Source: an uncultured Bacilli bacterium (GTDB lineage: Bacteria; Bacillota_I; Bacilli_A; RF39; UBA660). From it: 64,000 nt of DNA. The DNA lies in NCBI GenBank assembly GCA_934177995.1, contig CAKPPW010000001.1, positions 11,378 through 75,377 on the forward strand, in the 5' to 3' direction. A model generated the notes under the pieces. The model was given only the letters and a program-made list of their open reading frames with translations, was not told where the DNA came from and did no database searches. Both the position numbers and the translations under genes were made by a program. Positions 49,460 through 62,825 of the stretch are shown piece by piece; the stretch's first letter is position 1, and each line of letters opens with the position of its first letter.

Positions 49460-50337
49460 TAATGGCTGCTGGAATGGGGAGCCGCTTTGGAGGACTTAAA
49501 CAAATAGAACCAATGGGTCCTAATGGAGAGTTTTTAATAGACTATTCAGTTTATGATGCAAAGTTAGCAGGATTTACTAAAATTGTCTTTATTATTAAAG
49601 AAGAAAATTACGACATATTTAAAGAAACAATAGGAAAAAGAGTAGAACCTTATATTGAAACAGAATATGTTTTTCAAGATGATTCTAATCTAAAAGAAAA
49701 ATATAAAGATTTACAAACAAGAGTAAAACCACTTGGAACTGGGCATGCTATATTATGTGCAAAAGATAAAGTAAAAACACCATTTGCTATTATTAATGCA
49801 GATGACTTTTATGGAAGAGATGCCTATGTAGTAGCTAGTAAATACTTAGATAAAATTGATGATAAACATTATGCTGTAGTAGGTTATAAAGTTAGTAAAA
49901 CACTTAGTCCTAATGGAGCAGCTAAAAGAGGAATTTGTAGAGAAGAAAATGGAAAATTAAAAGATTTAATCGAGAGTAGTGTTGAAAGAATTAATAATAG
50001 AATAATTGCAAGACCATTAGATGGAGACCCTGAGTTTACAGTGGAAGATGACTCACTAGTGTCAATGAATTTACTATTATTTACACCAAAGATATTTGCA
50101 TACTTAGAAGAAAAATTAACGGAATTTCTAGAAACTAATAAGAATGATTTATCTAAATGTGAATTTTTCATACCAGATGTAGTAAAAGATGCTATAAAAG
50201 AAGATAGGGTAGAAGTTGACTTATTAAGTACAAATGCTATTTGGCATGGAGTTACTTATAAAGAAGATAAAGAAGAGGTAGTTAAGGCAATAGATGAATT
50301 AATAAAAGAAAATATTTATCCAAATAAACTATGGTAG
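49441..50337 (+). CDS. sugar-phosphate nucleotidyltransferase-family protein
   Basis: LLVMAAGMGSRFGGLKQ matches the G-x-G-T/S-R nucleotidyltransferase motif. Confidence 0.45.
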   Translation: MQKTLLVMAAGMGSRFGGLKQIEPMGPNGEFLIDYSVYDAKLAGFTKIVFIIKEENYDIFKETIGKRVEPYIETEYVFQDDSNLKEKYKDLQTRVKPLGTGHAILCAKDKVKTPFAIINADDFYGRDAYVVASKYLDKIDDKHYAVVGYKVSKTLSPNGAAKRGICREENGKLKDLIESSVERINNRIIARPLDGDPEFTVEDDSLVSMNLLLFTPKIFAYLEEKLTEFLETNKNDLSKCEFFIPDVVKDAIKEDRVEVDLLSTNAIWHGVTYKEDKEEVVKAIDELIKENIYPNKLW

Positions 50338-50343
50338 AGGTGA

Positions 50344-53002
<2,659 letters not shown>

Positions 53003-53429
53003 TTTTGATTCAGTTAAAAAGAGTAAATTAATAATTGAAACTTTATGGAAATTAGTATGGAGAATTTTATCATCACCTGGTTACTAATTACAGATTTTTA
53101 ATATTTACATTAATATTTTTATTATAATAATTAAAGAATCTAAGCAAACAACTTTTGTAATTTAAAAGTGTCCTTTCATTCCTTCCTCTTAAAATTAAGT
53201 TTTCATAGATTTTATTAATTCAAATTTCTTGTTTTTTTAGTGTTCATAAAAATTTGATGTATAATACAAAAGGCAAATGAAGTTGTGGTTTCTTTTGGTC
53301 GAGTAGCTAGAAACTCAAAGTGTTGTTTTGTTTTTTACGAAAATCAGTCATATCAAGAGTATTTAAAAAAAATTGTGAAAAACATTAAATTTAATTCTTG
53401 ATATGTTATAATAATGTGGAGGTGTTAGA

Positions 53430-53846
53430 GTGAAAAAATATAATGTAATAGTGGTTTTTGAAAAAGACTTAAATAAAACTTTGATGTGTAGAAGGACGAA
53501 AGAACCTTACAAAGGGTTGTTTAATTTAGTTGGAGGAAAAATTGATAAAGAAAATGATGGATTAAATGAAGCTTATAGAGAGTTGAGCGAAGAAACAAAT
53601 ATTAACCGCAATAATATTTCTTTAATTCACTTTATGAATATTGAATATATTACTTTGGGTAAGTCAATTGAAGTATATTATGGCATATTGAATAAAAATG
53701 TATGCCTAGTTGAAGAAGTTAATAAACTTGAATGGGTTGATATAAACGATAACTTTTTTGATATGAATAAATATGCTGGAGAAGGTAATATAGGACACAT
53801 AATTGAGGAAATAAAAATCGAATTGGATAAAAAAATTAATTTATAA
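53430..53846 (+). CDS. NUDIX hydrolase
   Basis: Nudix box GGKIDKENDGLNEAYRELSEETNI. Confidence 0.6.
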   Translation: MKKYNVIVVFEKDLNKTLMCRRTKEPYKGLFNLVGGKIDKENDGLNEAYRELSEETNINRNNISLIHFMNIEYITLGKSIEVYYGILNKNVCLVEEVNKLEWVDINDNFFDMNKYAGEGNIGHIIEEIKIELDKKINL

Positions 53847-54439
53847 TTTTTGATTTTGTTTTATACTTAATTTCAATAATATCGGGATATAAGTATCTCT
53901 AGTAAGTTAAAGATTTTATTACATAAGATTTGCACTTACTTAAATAGGTGCTTTTTCATATTAAGATTGTTCTAAACCTTATTTTTTGTTTTTATTATTA
54001 ATTTCTTTGTTATTTTCTAACAATAAAGAAGAACTTTTTTCTTCTTTAACTTTTGGTAATAATTCCTTTATAGTTTCTTTATCGTTATTAAAATACTCTA
54101 TTAATTGTGGTAGTAAATATAAAAAATAATTTATTTATATAACTACCTTATATTCTTTGAATCTCTTAGCTTCATTCCTCTAGACTTGTTTATCAAAAAT
54201 TGTGTGATATAATAAGACTGTAAGAAGACGTGTAAATGTAAATTTTATAGAAAAAGTGACTATGCATTATTTGAAAATATTTTGCTACAAAACTCAGATT
54301 TCATCTACCATAAACATAATACCTAAAGGTGAGATTACTAAGAGTTGACTGGAAGATAAGTTAGGTGGTAATGGAACTGTTACTATTGTGTAAGGATAGT
54401 CTGAAAAAAGTTTTAAAATTATCTTGTCAAACATACTAT

Positions 54440-54680
54440 TAAATGGTATATTAATTAAGAAAAACAAGTGCGAAAGACGGAAATAAGGAAAATTAGTAGA
54501 GACTTCTTGGTTGGTGAAAAAGGAGATGGAACTTATTTTAGATCACTTTCAAGTTGTGCTTTATGGATAAGATAAAGACGGGGACTAGACGTTAACTAGA
54601 ATAAGATAGATTAATCTATGAAGAAAGGTGGTACCACGGAAATATACGTCCTTTCAGCATAGATTTTTTTGTTATAAGGA
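54440..54680 (+). promoter_or_regulatory. T-box riboswitch leader of ileS
   Basis: AAAGGTGGTACCACGG at 54624-54639 followed by a hairpin and T-run. Candidate AUC specifier in 'agATCAc'. Confidence 0.7.
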
Positions 54681-54689
54681 GGAAATACT

Positions 54690-57600
54690 ATGGAATTTAA
54701 AGAATTAAAAAAAGGCGATGTACATAATATTGAATTAGAAATTGCTAAAGAATGGGAAAATGAAGATATCTTAAAGAAATGTATTGATAATAGAAAAGAC
54801 TCTGAGAACTTTGTTTTCTATGATGGACCTGCTACGGCTAATGGAATGCCTGGACTTCATCATATGATGGCAAAATTCTTAAAAGATACATTTTGTAAAT
54901 ATAAAACTATGCAAGGATATCGTGTCTTAAGAAAAGTAGGTTGGGATACGCATGGACTTCCTGTAGAGTTGCAAGTAGAAAAGGAACTAGGGTTTAACTC
55001 TAAGAAAGATATTGAAGAATACGGTATAGAAGAGTTTAATAAAAAATGTAAGGAAAGTGTTTGGAAGAATGAAAAGGCTTTCTCTGATCTTACTAAGGAA
55101 ATGGGACAGTTTATTGATTTAGAGCATCCTTATGTTACTTATGATAATAACTATATTGAAACAGAGTGGTGGATACTAAAGAAATTCTTTGATGAAGGAT
55201 TATTCTATGAAGGACATAAAATATTACCATTTTGTACAAGATGTGGAACGGGACTTGCTTCTCATGAAGTAGCTCAAGGATATAAAGAAGTTACAGCTAA
55301 TACAGTTATTGTTCCAATGAAAAAGAAAGATGAAGATGTTTACTTCTTAGTTTGGACTACTACGCCTTGGACTTTAATTAGTAATGTAGCTTTATGTGTT
55401 AATCCTAAAGAATTATATATTTTAGCTGAAAGTCGTGGTACTAAGTTTATTGTAGCTAAAGCTTTAGCTAATAAAGTATTAGGAGATGACTATACTGTCT
55501 TAGAAGAGTATAGTGGTAAGAACTTAGAATATATGGAATATGAACAGTTAATACCAAGTCTTAAAGTAGATAAGAAAGCTTTCTTTGTAACCGTAGATGA
55601 CTATGTAACAATGGATGCTGGAACTGGTATTGTTCATATTGCACCTGCTTTTGGACAAGATGATTATAATGTTGGTAAGAAATATAATTTACCAGTATTA
55701 AATCCAGTAGGAGAAGATGGATGTTATACGGCTGGACTTTGGAGAGGTAGAAATGTTTTTGATGTAGATATAGATGTTATTAAATACTTAAAAGAAAATG
55801 ATAAACTATTTAAGAAAGAAAAAATAAAACATGACTATCCACATTGTTGGCGTTGTGGAACACCACTTCTATACTATGCTAAACCATCATATTACTTGGA
55901 AGTTACTAAATTAAAAGACCAAGTAGTTAAAAATAATAATGGTGTTAACTGGTATCCATCATTTGTTGGAGAAAAAAGATTTGGTAACTGGTTATTAAAT
56001 ATGAATGATTGGGCAATTTCAAGAAACCGTTATTGGGGAACACCATTACCACTTTGGAGATGTTCTTGTGGTCATATGGAAATGATTGGTTCTCGTAAAG
56101 AATTAGTAGCAAAATCTATTGAAGAGATAGATGAATCTATAGATTTACATAGACCATATGTTGATAATGTTCATATTACTTGTCCAGATTGTGGTAAGGA
56201 AATGTCAAGAGTTAAGGAAGTAATTGATTGCTGGTTTGATTCTGGTTCTATGCCTTTTGCTCAATATCATTATCCATTTGAAAATAAAGAATTATTTGAA
56301 GAACAGTTCCCAGCTAACTTTATCTGTGAAGGAATTGATCAAACAAGAGGATGGTTCTATACCTTATTATTAATATCAACCTTTGTAACTGGTAAAGCAC
56401 CATATAAAAATGTTTTAGTAAATGACTTATTATTAGATAAGTTTGGTAAAAAGATGAGTAAGAGTAAAGGAAATATTGTAGAACCATTTACTACTATGAA
56501 AAAGTATGGAGCAGATACAATTCGTTTCTATTTACCTTATGTGTCACCAGTTTGGTCACCTATAAAGTTTGATGATGATGGATTAAAAGAAGTATATTCT
56601 AAATATTTATCAACATTTAAAAATGCCTACTCATTCTTTGAGATGTATGCGAATGCTGATAAAATTGATCCTAGAGAATATAATATTCCCGTAGCTAAAC
56701 GTGATTTAACTGATAGATGGTTATTATCTAGACTTAATCATATGGTTAAAGATGTAACTGAAGGTTATGAAAAGTATGATCTTAATATTGTTGTTCATAA
56801 GATAGTAGACTTTATTAATGATGATTTCTCTAACTGGTATATTAGAAGTAATAGAAGAAGATTCTGGGCTAGTGAATTAACTGAAGATAAAAAAGCAGTA
56901 TACTTAACAACTTACGAAACATTACTAACACTAGCTAAAGTAACGGCACCTGTTACACCATATATTTCAGAAGAGATTTATCAAAATTTAACAGGCAAGA
57001 CATCTGTTCATTTAGAAGATTTCCCTAAAGTTGATGAAGAGTTATTATCAAAAGACTTAGAACAGAGAATGGAACTTGTAAGAGATATTTGTAGTCTAGG
57101 AAGAAATGCTAGAGAAGATGCAGCTATTAAGGTAAGACAACCTCTTAACTTTATGATTTTACCACTTGTTGATGAAGCTGTTATTGAAGACTTTGAAAGT
57201 ATAATTAAAGAAGAACTTAACATTAAAGAAATCGTATATAAAGATGATATGACTGAGTATATGGATTATATCGTTAAGCCAAACTTTAAAGTAGTAGGTA
57301 AGGTATTTGGACCTAAGATGAAGGACTTTCAAGAAGCTGTTAGTAAGCTAGATATTAATGATGTTAATAAGATAAAAGCTGGATACTTTAAGATGAACTT
57401 CTTAGGAGAAGAAATTGATGTTACAGAAGATATGATATTAACAACTCTTAAGAATAAGAAAGGTTATTGTGCTGCAAGTAATGGTAAGACAAGTATTGTT
57501 CTTGATACATCATTAACAGAAGACTTAATATTAGAAGGACTTGCTAGAGAAGTAGTAAGAAAAGTACAAAATTTAAGAAAAGAAGCAGATTTTGTAATAA

Positions 57601-57776
57601 CTGATCATATTAACCTATATTATCATGGAGATGAAATGTTTGATAAGATGTTAGCATCATATGATGAATATATTAAAAATGAAACATTAGCAGATTCTTT
57701 AATTGAAGATCAAAATATTGAAAAAGATATGGAATTAAATGATATAGTTGTAGGACTAAGAGTAGAAAGAAGATAA
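54690..57776 (+). CDS. ileS: isoleucine--tRNA ligase
   Basis: HMMAKF (HIGH-class) and KMSKS (KMSKSKGN) motifs. Zn-binding Cys clusters; 1028 aa. Confidence 0.95.
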   Translation: MEFKELKKGDVHNIELEIAKEWENEDILKKCIDNRKDSENFVFYDGPATANGMPGLHHMMAKFLKDTFCKYKTMQGYRVLRKVGWDTHGLPVELQVEKELGFNSKKDIEEYGIEEFNKKCKESVWKNEKAFSDLTKEMGQFIDLEHPYVTYDNNYIETEWWILKKFFDEGLFYEGHKILPFCTRCGTGLASHEVAQGYKEVTANTVIVPMKKKDEDVYFLVWTTTPWTLISNVALCVNPKELYILAESRGTKFIVAKALANKVLGDDYTVLEEYSGKNLEYMEYEQLIPSLKVDKKAFFVTVDDYVTMDAGTGIVHIAPAFGQDDYNVGKKYNLPVLNPVGEDGCYTAGLWRGRNVFDVDIDVIKYLKENDKLFKKEKIKHDYPHCWRCGTPLLYYAKPSYYLEVTKLKDQVVKNNNGVNWYPSFVGEKRFGNWLLNMNDWAISRNRYWGTPLPLWRCSCGHMEMIGSRKELVAKSIEEIDESIDLHRPYVDNVHITCPDCGKEMSRVKEVIDCWFDSGSMPFAQYHYPFENKELFEEQFPANFICEGIDQTRGWFYTLLLISTFVTGKAPYKNVLVNDLLLDKFGKKMSKSKGNIVEPFTTMKKYGADTIRFYLPYVSPVWSPIKFDDDGLKEVYSKYLSTFKNAYSFFEMYANADKIDPREYNIPVAKRDLTDRWLLSRLNHMVKDVTEGYEKYDLNIVVHKIVDFINDDFSNWYIRSNRRRFWASELTEDKKAVYLTTYETLLTLAKVTAPVTPYISEEIYQNLTGKTSVHLEDFPKVDEELLSKDLEQRMELVRDICSLGRNAREDAAIKVRQPLNFMILPLVDEAVIEDFESIIKEELNIKEIVYKDDMTEYMDYIVKPNFKVVGKVFGPKMKDFQEAVSKLDINDVNKIKAGYFKMNFLGEEIDVTEDMILTTLKNKKGYCAASNGKTSIVLDTSLTEDLILEGLAREVVRKVQNLRKEADFVITDHINLYYHGDEMFDKMLASYDEYIKNETLADSLIEDQNIEKDMELNDIVVGLRVERR

Positions 57777-57812
57777 TCTTTCTGCTTTTGTCTATCAAAA
57801 GGGGGAATTTGT

Positions 57813-59252
57813 ATGTTTAAATCTGATTATTTAGAATTTGAATCTTTAGCAGATAAAAAAGTTAAGGAGACGGTTTTTAAATCTATTGAAATATATAAGA
57901 CTTTAGAAGATAAAAAAATTTATTATTATTCACATTCATTGGAAAAGCCAATGGATATAGTAGATAAATATTCTTTTGCTACTCTTATAGCTATCTTAGA
58001 TAATGATAAGAAATTAAATGATTATTTTAAAAAAGAAGGTATCACTATAAAAAAGATTGCTGATTATTTAGATGTTGATTTGGCTGATACTTTAGAACTA
58101 TATCCTGATCAGTTAGAATCAGAGTTTATACATGGCTATGGTAGCTTTTTACAAAGAATAACTAAGACATATGAGTGGAATCAAATAGATATAATTAATT
58201 TAGCAGGGAATGTTATTTATGAATATAATGATGATAGTGATGCTATAAAAAGTTTTTTTAAAGATAATGGTATAGATATATCAAATGTAAATAAAGGTTT
58301 ACTTTGCTTAGATGAGGATAATTCTTTAGAAGATGTTAAGCCTGTTAAAGAGAAAAGTAATTTGACTGGTTTTGGTTACTATTTAACTGGTGATATTGGT
58401 AAAAATATAAAAGGAAGAGAAAAAGAAATAAGAGATTTAGAAGCTAGTTTAATTGCTCCTGGTAATGTAATTATAACTGGTGAGGCTGGAATAGGTAAGA
58501 CAGCAGTAGTTGAACATTTAGCATATCTTATTAATAATAATAAAGTTCCTAATATACTGAAAGATAAAAAAATATTTTTCTTAGATTTAGTAAAATTAAT
58601 AGCTAATACTACCTATAGAGGAGATTTAGAAGCTAAACTTGATAAGTTAATTAGTAGTTTAGAAAAAGATAAGAATACAATACTGTTCATTGATGAAATA
58701 CATATGATTATGGGAGCAGGCAAAGGTTCTAGTGATAATATTGATGTAGCAAATATTATGAAGTCTTATTTAAGCAATAGAAGAATACAGATAATAGGGG
58801 CTACTACTACTTTAGAATATGAAAAGTATATACTAGAAGATAAAGCTTTTAGAAGAAGATTTAACAAGGTAGTTGTTGATGAACCAAATGATGAGGTTCT
58901 TTATGATATATTAAATACTAAGAGAGTAGAGTATGAAAATAAATTAAATATAAAAATGGAAGATGCTGATAAATCAATTAGATTATTAATTGAATCTACT
59001 AAAAAGAATCATAGAAATTATAGTGATAATCTTTGTAATCCAACTCTTGCCTTAAATATTCTAGGAAGAAGTTTTGCTTATACAGCAGTAGACTCTAAGA
59101 ATAGTGTAACTTTATCTTCTCTAGCAAATTCCATTCTAGCTGAAGAGACATTATATAGAGGTAGTAGAGAAGATTATGCTAATAAGTTGAAGAAAGCAAA
59201 AGTAAAGACTCTTTCTAATGACGATAAAATAATTAGATTTCCTAAAAAGTAA
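57813..59252 (+). CDS. Clp/Hsp100-like AAA+ ATPase with a single (D1-type) nucleotide-binding domain
   Basis: GEAGIGKTAVVEHLA (Walker A), LFIDEIHMIMGAG (Walker B), GATTTLEYEKY and RRFNKV are ClpA/B/C D1 signatures. There is no second AAA module and no ClpP-binding loop. Confidence 0.5.
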   Translation: MFKSDYLEFESLADKKVKETVFKSIEIYKTLEDKKIYYYSHSLEKPMDIVDKYSFATLIAILDNDKKLNDYFKKEGITIKKIADYLDVDLADTLELYPDQLESEFIHGYGSFLQRITKTYEWNQIDIINLAGNVIYEYNDDSDAIKSFFKDNGIDISNVNKGLLCLDEDNSLEDVKPVKEKSNLTGFGYYLTGDIGKNIKGREKEIRDLEASLIAPGNVIITGEAGIGKTAVVEHLAYLINNNKVPNILKDKKIFFLDLVKLIANTTYRGDLEAKLDKLISSLEKDKNTILFIDEIHMIMGAGKGSSDNIDVANIMKSYLSNRRIQIIGATTTLEYEKYILEDKAFRRRFNKVVVDEPNDEVLYDILNTKRVEYENKLNIKMEDADKSIRLLIESTKKNHRNYSDNLCNPTLALNILGRSFAYTAVDSKNSVTLSSLANSILAEETLYRGSREDYANKLKKAKVKTLSNDDKIIRFPKK

Positions 59253-59300
59253 ATGTTTATTTCTTTTTAGGTTTCGACTATACTAGTAGTAGGTGATGAT

Positions 59301-60716
59301 ATGAAAAAATTAAATGAACTTTTTAATAATATAGATAGTAATCGTGAAGTAACAGGGATAAAAATAAACTCTAAGGATGTCAAAAAAGGAGATATTTTTG
59401 TCTGTACAATGGGGGTTACTGCAGATAGACATGACTTTATAGATGAAGCTATAGAAAATGGAGCTTGTGCTGTTGTAGTATCTAAAGATGTAGGTGATAA
59501 GCCTGTTCCTATAATAAAAGTAGCAAATACTAATAACTATTTAAGGGAGTTATGTTCTAAGTATTATGATTATCCTTATAAGAAAATGGAAATGATAGGT
59601 GTTACTGGTACTAATGGCAAAACAACTGTAGCAGAAATTATTTATCAATTATTAGGAGATGATTGTGCTTATCTTGGTACTAATGGTCGTAAGTGGAAAA
59701 ATAAGTCTTTACCAATGCGTAATACTACTCCTGATGTTGATAGACTTTACATGTATCTAGATGAATTTGTAAATGATAAGTGTAAAACAACAGTGATGGA
59801 GGCGTCAAGCGAAGCTTTCTTTAGACACAGACTTGACGATATAAAGTATCATATTGCAATCCTTACTAATATTACAGAAGACCATTTAAATATTCATAAG
59901 ACTTTAGATAATTATATAGATTGTAAGTGTCAACTATTTAGACAAGTTAGTGAAGATGGTTACTCTATCCTTAATAGTATGGATGTAAACTATGAAAGGG
60001 TTTTACATAATAGTAAAGGTACTATTTTAACTTATGGTATGAATGAAAGTGATACGCTTTATATAAAGAATTATGAAGAACAAGGTAGTAAGATGAAAAT
60101 TACTTTTAGATATAATAATCAGGACTACACTGTTTTAAGTCCATTACTAGGTGAGTTTAATGTCTTTAATCTTGCTCCTGCTATTTTGACTTGTCTTGCT
60201 AAAGGTATTAATATAGATGAAGTATTAAAAAGAGTAGAAAACTTAAACCAGATAGAAGGAAGATTAGAAGTTTTATCATTCACTGATAAATATATGATTA
60301 TGTTAGATTATGCTCATACAACTGATGCTTTGGATAAGATACTTACATATTTAGATAAAATAAAGAAAAATAGAATAATTACTGTTACAGGATCAGCTGG
60401 TGGAAGAGAAAAAGAAAAAAGACCAGGTATGGGTAAAGTAGTTTTAGAAAAATCTGATTATGTTATTTTTACAATGGATGATCCAAGAGAAGAAGATGTT
60501 AATCAAATAATTGATGATTTAGTATCAAAATCAAATTTAACTAATTATGAGAGAATTATTGATAGAAAAGATGCTATATATAAGGCTTTATCGATGGCAG
60601 AAAAAGATGATATAGTATTTATTACTGGTAAAGGTAGAGATAATTATATGGCTATTGGTAAAGAATATCTTCCATATTCTGACTATGATGTTATAAAGAG
60701 TTATTTTGGTGATTAG
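59301..60716 (+). CDS. murE: UDP-N-acetylmuramoyl-L-alanyl-D-glutamate--(meso-DAP or L-Lys) ligase
   Basis: Mur ligase P-loop GVTGTNGKTT and overall MurE architecture. Confidence 0.8.
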   Translation: MKKLNELFNNIDSNREVTGIKINSKDVKKGDIFVCTMGVTADRHDFIDEAIENGACAVVVSKDVGDKPVPIIKVANTNNYLRELCSKYYDYPYKKMEMIGVTGTNGKTTVAEIIYQLLGDDCAYLGTNGRKWKNKSLPMRNTTPDVDRLYMYLDEFVNDKCKTTVMEASSEAFFRHRLDDIKYHIAILTNITEDHLNIHKTLDNYIDCKCQLFRQVSEDGYSILNSMDVNYERVLHNSKGTILTYGMNESDTLYIKNYEEQGSKMKITFRYNNQDYTVLSPLLGEFNVFNLAPAILTCLAKGINIDEVLKRVENLNQIEGRLEVLSFTDKYMIMLDYAHTTDALDKILTYLDKIKKNRIITVTGSAGGREKEKRPGMGKVVLEKSDYVIFTMDDPREEDVNQIIDDLVSKSNLTNYERIIDRKDAIYKALSMAEKDDIVFITGKGRDNYMAIGKEYLPYSDYDVIKSYFGD

Positions 60717-60782
60717 AGGTGATGGGAATAATTACTATTGCCAATTATTTATCTAACTAGTAAAATATTAATAGGTGATTGA

Positions 60783-61439
60783 ATGAAAAAATTATGTATT
60801 TTTATAGATACTTGTCTAGTTATGGCTACTATTTTAACAGTGACGACAGTAGTACCAAATAGTAAATCAATATCTGTTAAAAGGCTAGATACTTTTGTTA
60901 ATAGTAGTATAATAACTAAAGAAATAAAAGAGGATACTCCTACTGTAGAAGCTAAAGAAGAAGATAATAGTAAAGATGCAGTAGAAAAAGTTCAAGAAGA
61001 GAAAAAGGTAGTAGTTAATACTCCAAAAGAGGAAGAATCTATACCAGTTAGTAGTGATAATACTACTAACACTTCTACTAATAAGTATTATCAGGGTGAA
61101 GTTTTTACTGGAAAAATGAGTGGTTATGGTTCTGATATTGGAACACATACATCTTCAGGTTATAGAATAAATGAAAATAATATTACTTATATGGATAGTC
61201 AGTATAATGAAGTACGTATTCTAGCAGGAGATAAAAAATATCCTTTTGGGACAATTGTAAGAGTATCAAATAGTAGGGAAGGTACCTTTATTGGAATAGT
61301 ACTAGATAGAGGACCTGATATTGGAAGAGATGAAGGCAAAAAGTTTGCTTTTGATCTTTTATATGCAACTAGTAGTGAGGCTAGAAGTAAAGGTACTAGT
61401 TTAAATGCTCAATTCGAAATATTAAGACTTGGCTTTTAA
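60783..61439 (+). CDS. secreted 3D-domain (MltA-like/YocH-like) cell-wall protein
   Basis: Signal peptide. C-terminal ILAGDKKYPFGTIVRV...GIVLDRGPDIG...FDLL has the conserved acidic residues of the 3D domain. Confidence 0.45.
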   Translation: MKKLCIFIDTCLVMATILTVTTVVPNSKSISVKRLDTFVNSSIITKEIKEDTPTVEAKEEDNSKDAVEKVQEEKKVVVNTPKEEESIPVSSDNTTNTSTNKYYQGEVFTGKMSGYGSDIGTHTSSGYRINENNITYMDSQYNEVRILAGDKKYPFGTIVRVSNSREGTFIGIVLDRGPDIGRDEGKKFAFDLLYATSSEARSKGTSLNAQFEILRLGF

Positions 61440-61475
61440 AAAGATAAAAAAATTTAGACGATGCCAATTTTGTAA

Positions 61476-61506
61476 ATTCAGGGTAAAAACTATCCTGAAT
61501 TTTATT
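61476..61506 (+). terminator. rho-independent terminator
   Basis: attcagg...cctgaat hairpin followed by a T-run. Confidence 0.45.
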
Positions 61507-61633
61507 ATTTCAGGTATTCAAAATGTAAAATCACCGAAAATGTGAGCCGGAAATTTGAAAATTGGCTGTTTGCAATTAAAAAATGTATCTGCTATAGTAA
61601 TCACACTCTAAAAAAAGAAAGGAAAAATAGAAA

Positions 61634-62449
61634 ATGAACGATAACAAATTTATTAGTATTCTAGCAGATACAACTATGAAATATTTAATGAAAAAGAAAG
61701 AAACTAGAAATATTTATTTAGAATTGTTTAGTGATATAATCGGTATTGATTTAACTAACTACATCCTAGTAGATAATGAACTAAACTCTGGTAATAATAT
61801 TAAAGATTTAAGACTTGATTTACTACTTGAAAATGGTGACATACTAGTTAATATTGAAATTAATAATCAAATAGGAGAGTATTCCTCAATAAAAAATCTA
61901 ACTTATGCTTTTAGACTTGCTGGTAGTAGACATGAAAAAGGAAATAACTATTATGCTAAACAGGTAATCCAAATAAATCTAAATAGAGAAAAATTTACTA
62001 AAGGTTCTGGTGTATTGCTATATGAACTTAGAAATAAGAATTATGATTTAGTAAAGAAAGGGGTAAAAATCTATGATGTCTATCTAGAAAATTATAAGGA
62101 CATTTGTTATAATGGTGACAATAAGAACGAGATGTTATTATCGATGTTAACTGCTAAAGATAATAATAGTCTTGAAAGAATAGTAAATAGTAATAAGGAA
62201 GGAATTGTTATTATGGATGAGTTAGATAGACTAAGAAAAGATGATAAGTTTAATGCCTATTATGATGCAGAAAAAGTAAATGAAATGACAAGAGAAACTG
62301 CTTACTTGGAGGGGATTGATAAAGGCAAAGTTGAGGGTGAAAGAGAAAAGCAAATAGAAATAGCTAGAAGCTTATTAAATACAAATTTATCAAAAGAGGA
62401 AATAAGTAAACATACTGGCTTGTTATTAGAAGAGATAAACTTATTATAA
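61634..62449 (+). CDS. Rpn-family (PD-(D/E)XK) recombination-promoting nuclease / putative transposase
   Basis: DLRLDLLLENGDILVNIEIN nuclease core. The C-terminal ...GIDKGKVEGEREKQIEIARSLLNTNLSKEEISKHTGLLLEEINLL tail is typical of this family. Confidence 0.5.
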   Translation: MNDNKFISILADTTMKYLMKKKETRNIYLELFSDIIGIDLTNYILVDNELNSGNNIKDLRLDLLLENGDILVNIEINNQIGEYSSIKNLTYAFRLAGSRHEKGNNYYAKQVIQINLNREKFTKGSGVLLYELRNKNYDLVKKGVKIYDVYLENYKDICYNGDNKNEMLLSMLTAKDNNSLERIVNSNKEGIVIMDELDRLRKDDKFNAYYDAEKVNEMTRETAYLEGIDKGKVEGEREKQIEIARSLLNTNLSKEEISKHTGLLLEEINLL

Positions 62450-62498
62450 TATTTTGTAGTGTTTTTCTTTTAAAATATAAATTAAGGAGAGATGAATA

Positions 62499-62816
62499 AT
62501 GAATGACTTTTGTATGATTGAATCAGCTTTTGATAATGAAGAAGAAGTAAGTATAATTGTAAATAAATTATTAGATAATAAACTAGTATCTAGTTGTCAG
62601 GTTGTAAATAGTGAAAGTTATTGGAACTTTAAACAGCAAAGAGAATCTGCTAGAGAGCTTTTACTATTAATGAAGACAAAAAAGAAACATATAAAGGAAA
62701 TATATGAAACTATAAAATCAGTTCATAGTTATGAGTGCTTTGAATTTGCTGTTTTTGATTTAACTAGTGTAAGTAAAGATTATCTAAATTGGATTGAAGA
62801 AGAGACAACTAAATAG
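62499..62816 (+). CDS. cutA: divalent-cation tolerance protein CutA
   Basis: Matches the CutA1 fold pattern (N-terminal region ...LV.SCQVV..., conserved ...H.YE...F.). Confidence 0.5.
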   Translation: MNDFCMIESAFDNEEEVSIIVNKLLDNKLVSSCQVVNSESYWNFKQQRESARELLLLMKTKKKHIKEIYETIKSVHSYECFEFAVFDLTSVSKDYLNWIEEETTK

Positions 62817-62825
62817 GAGATTGTT

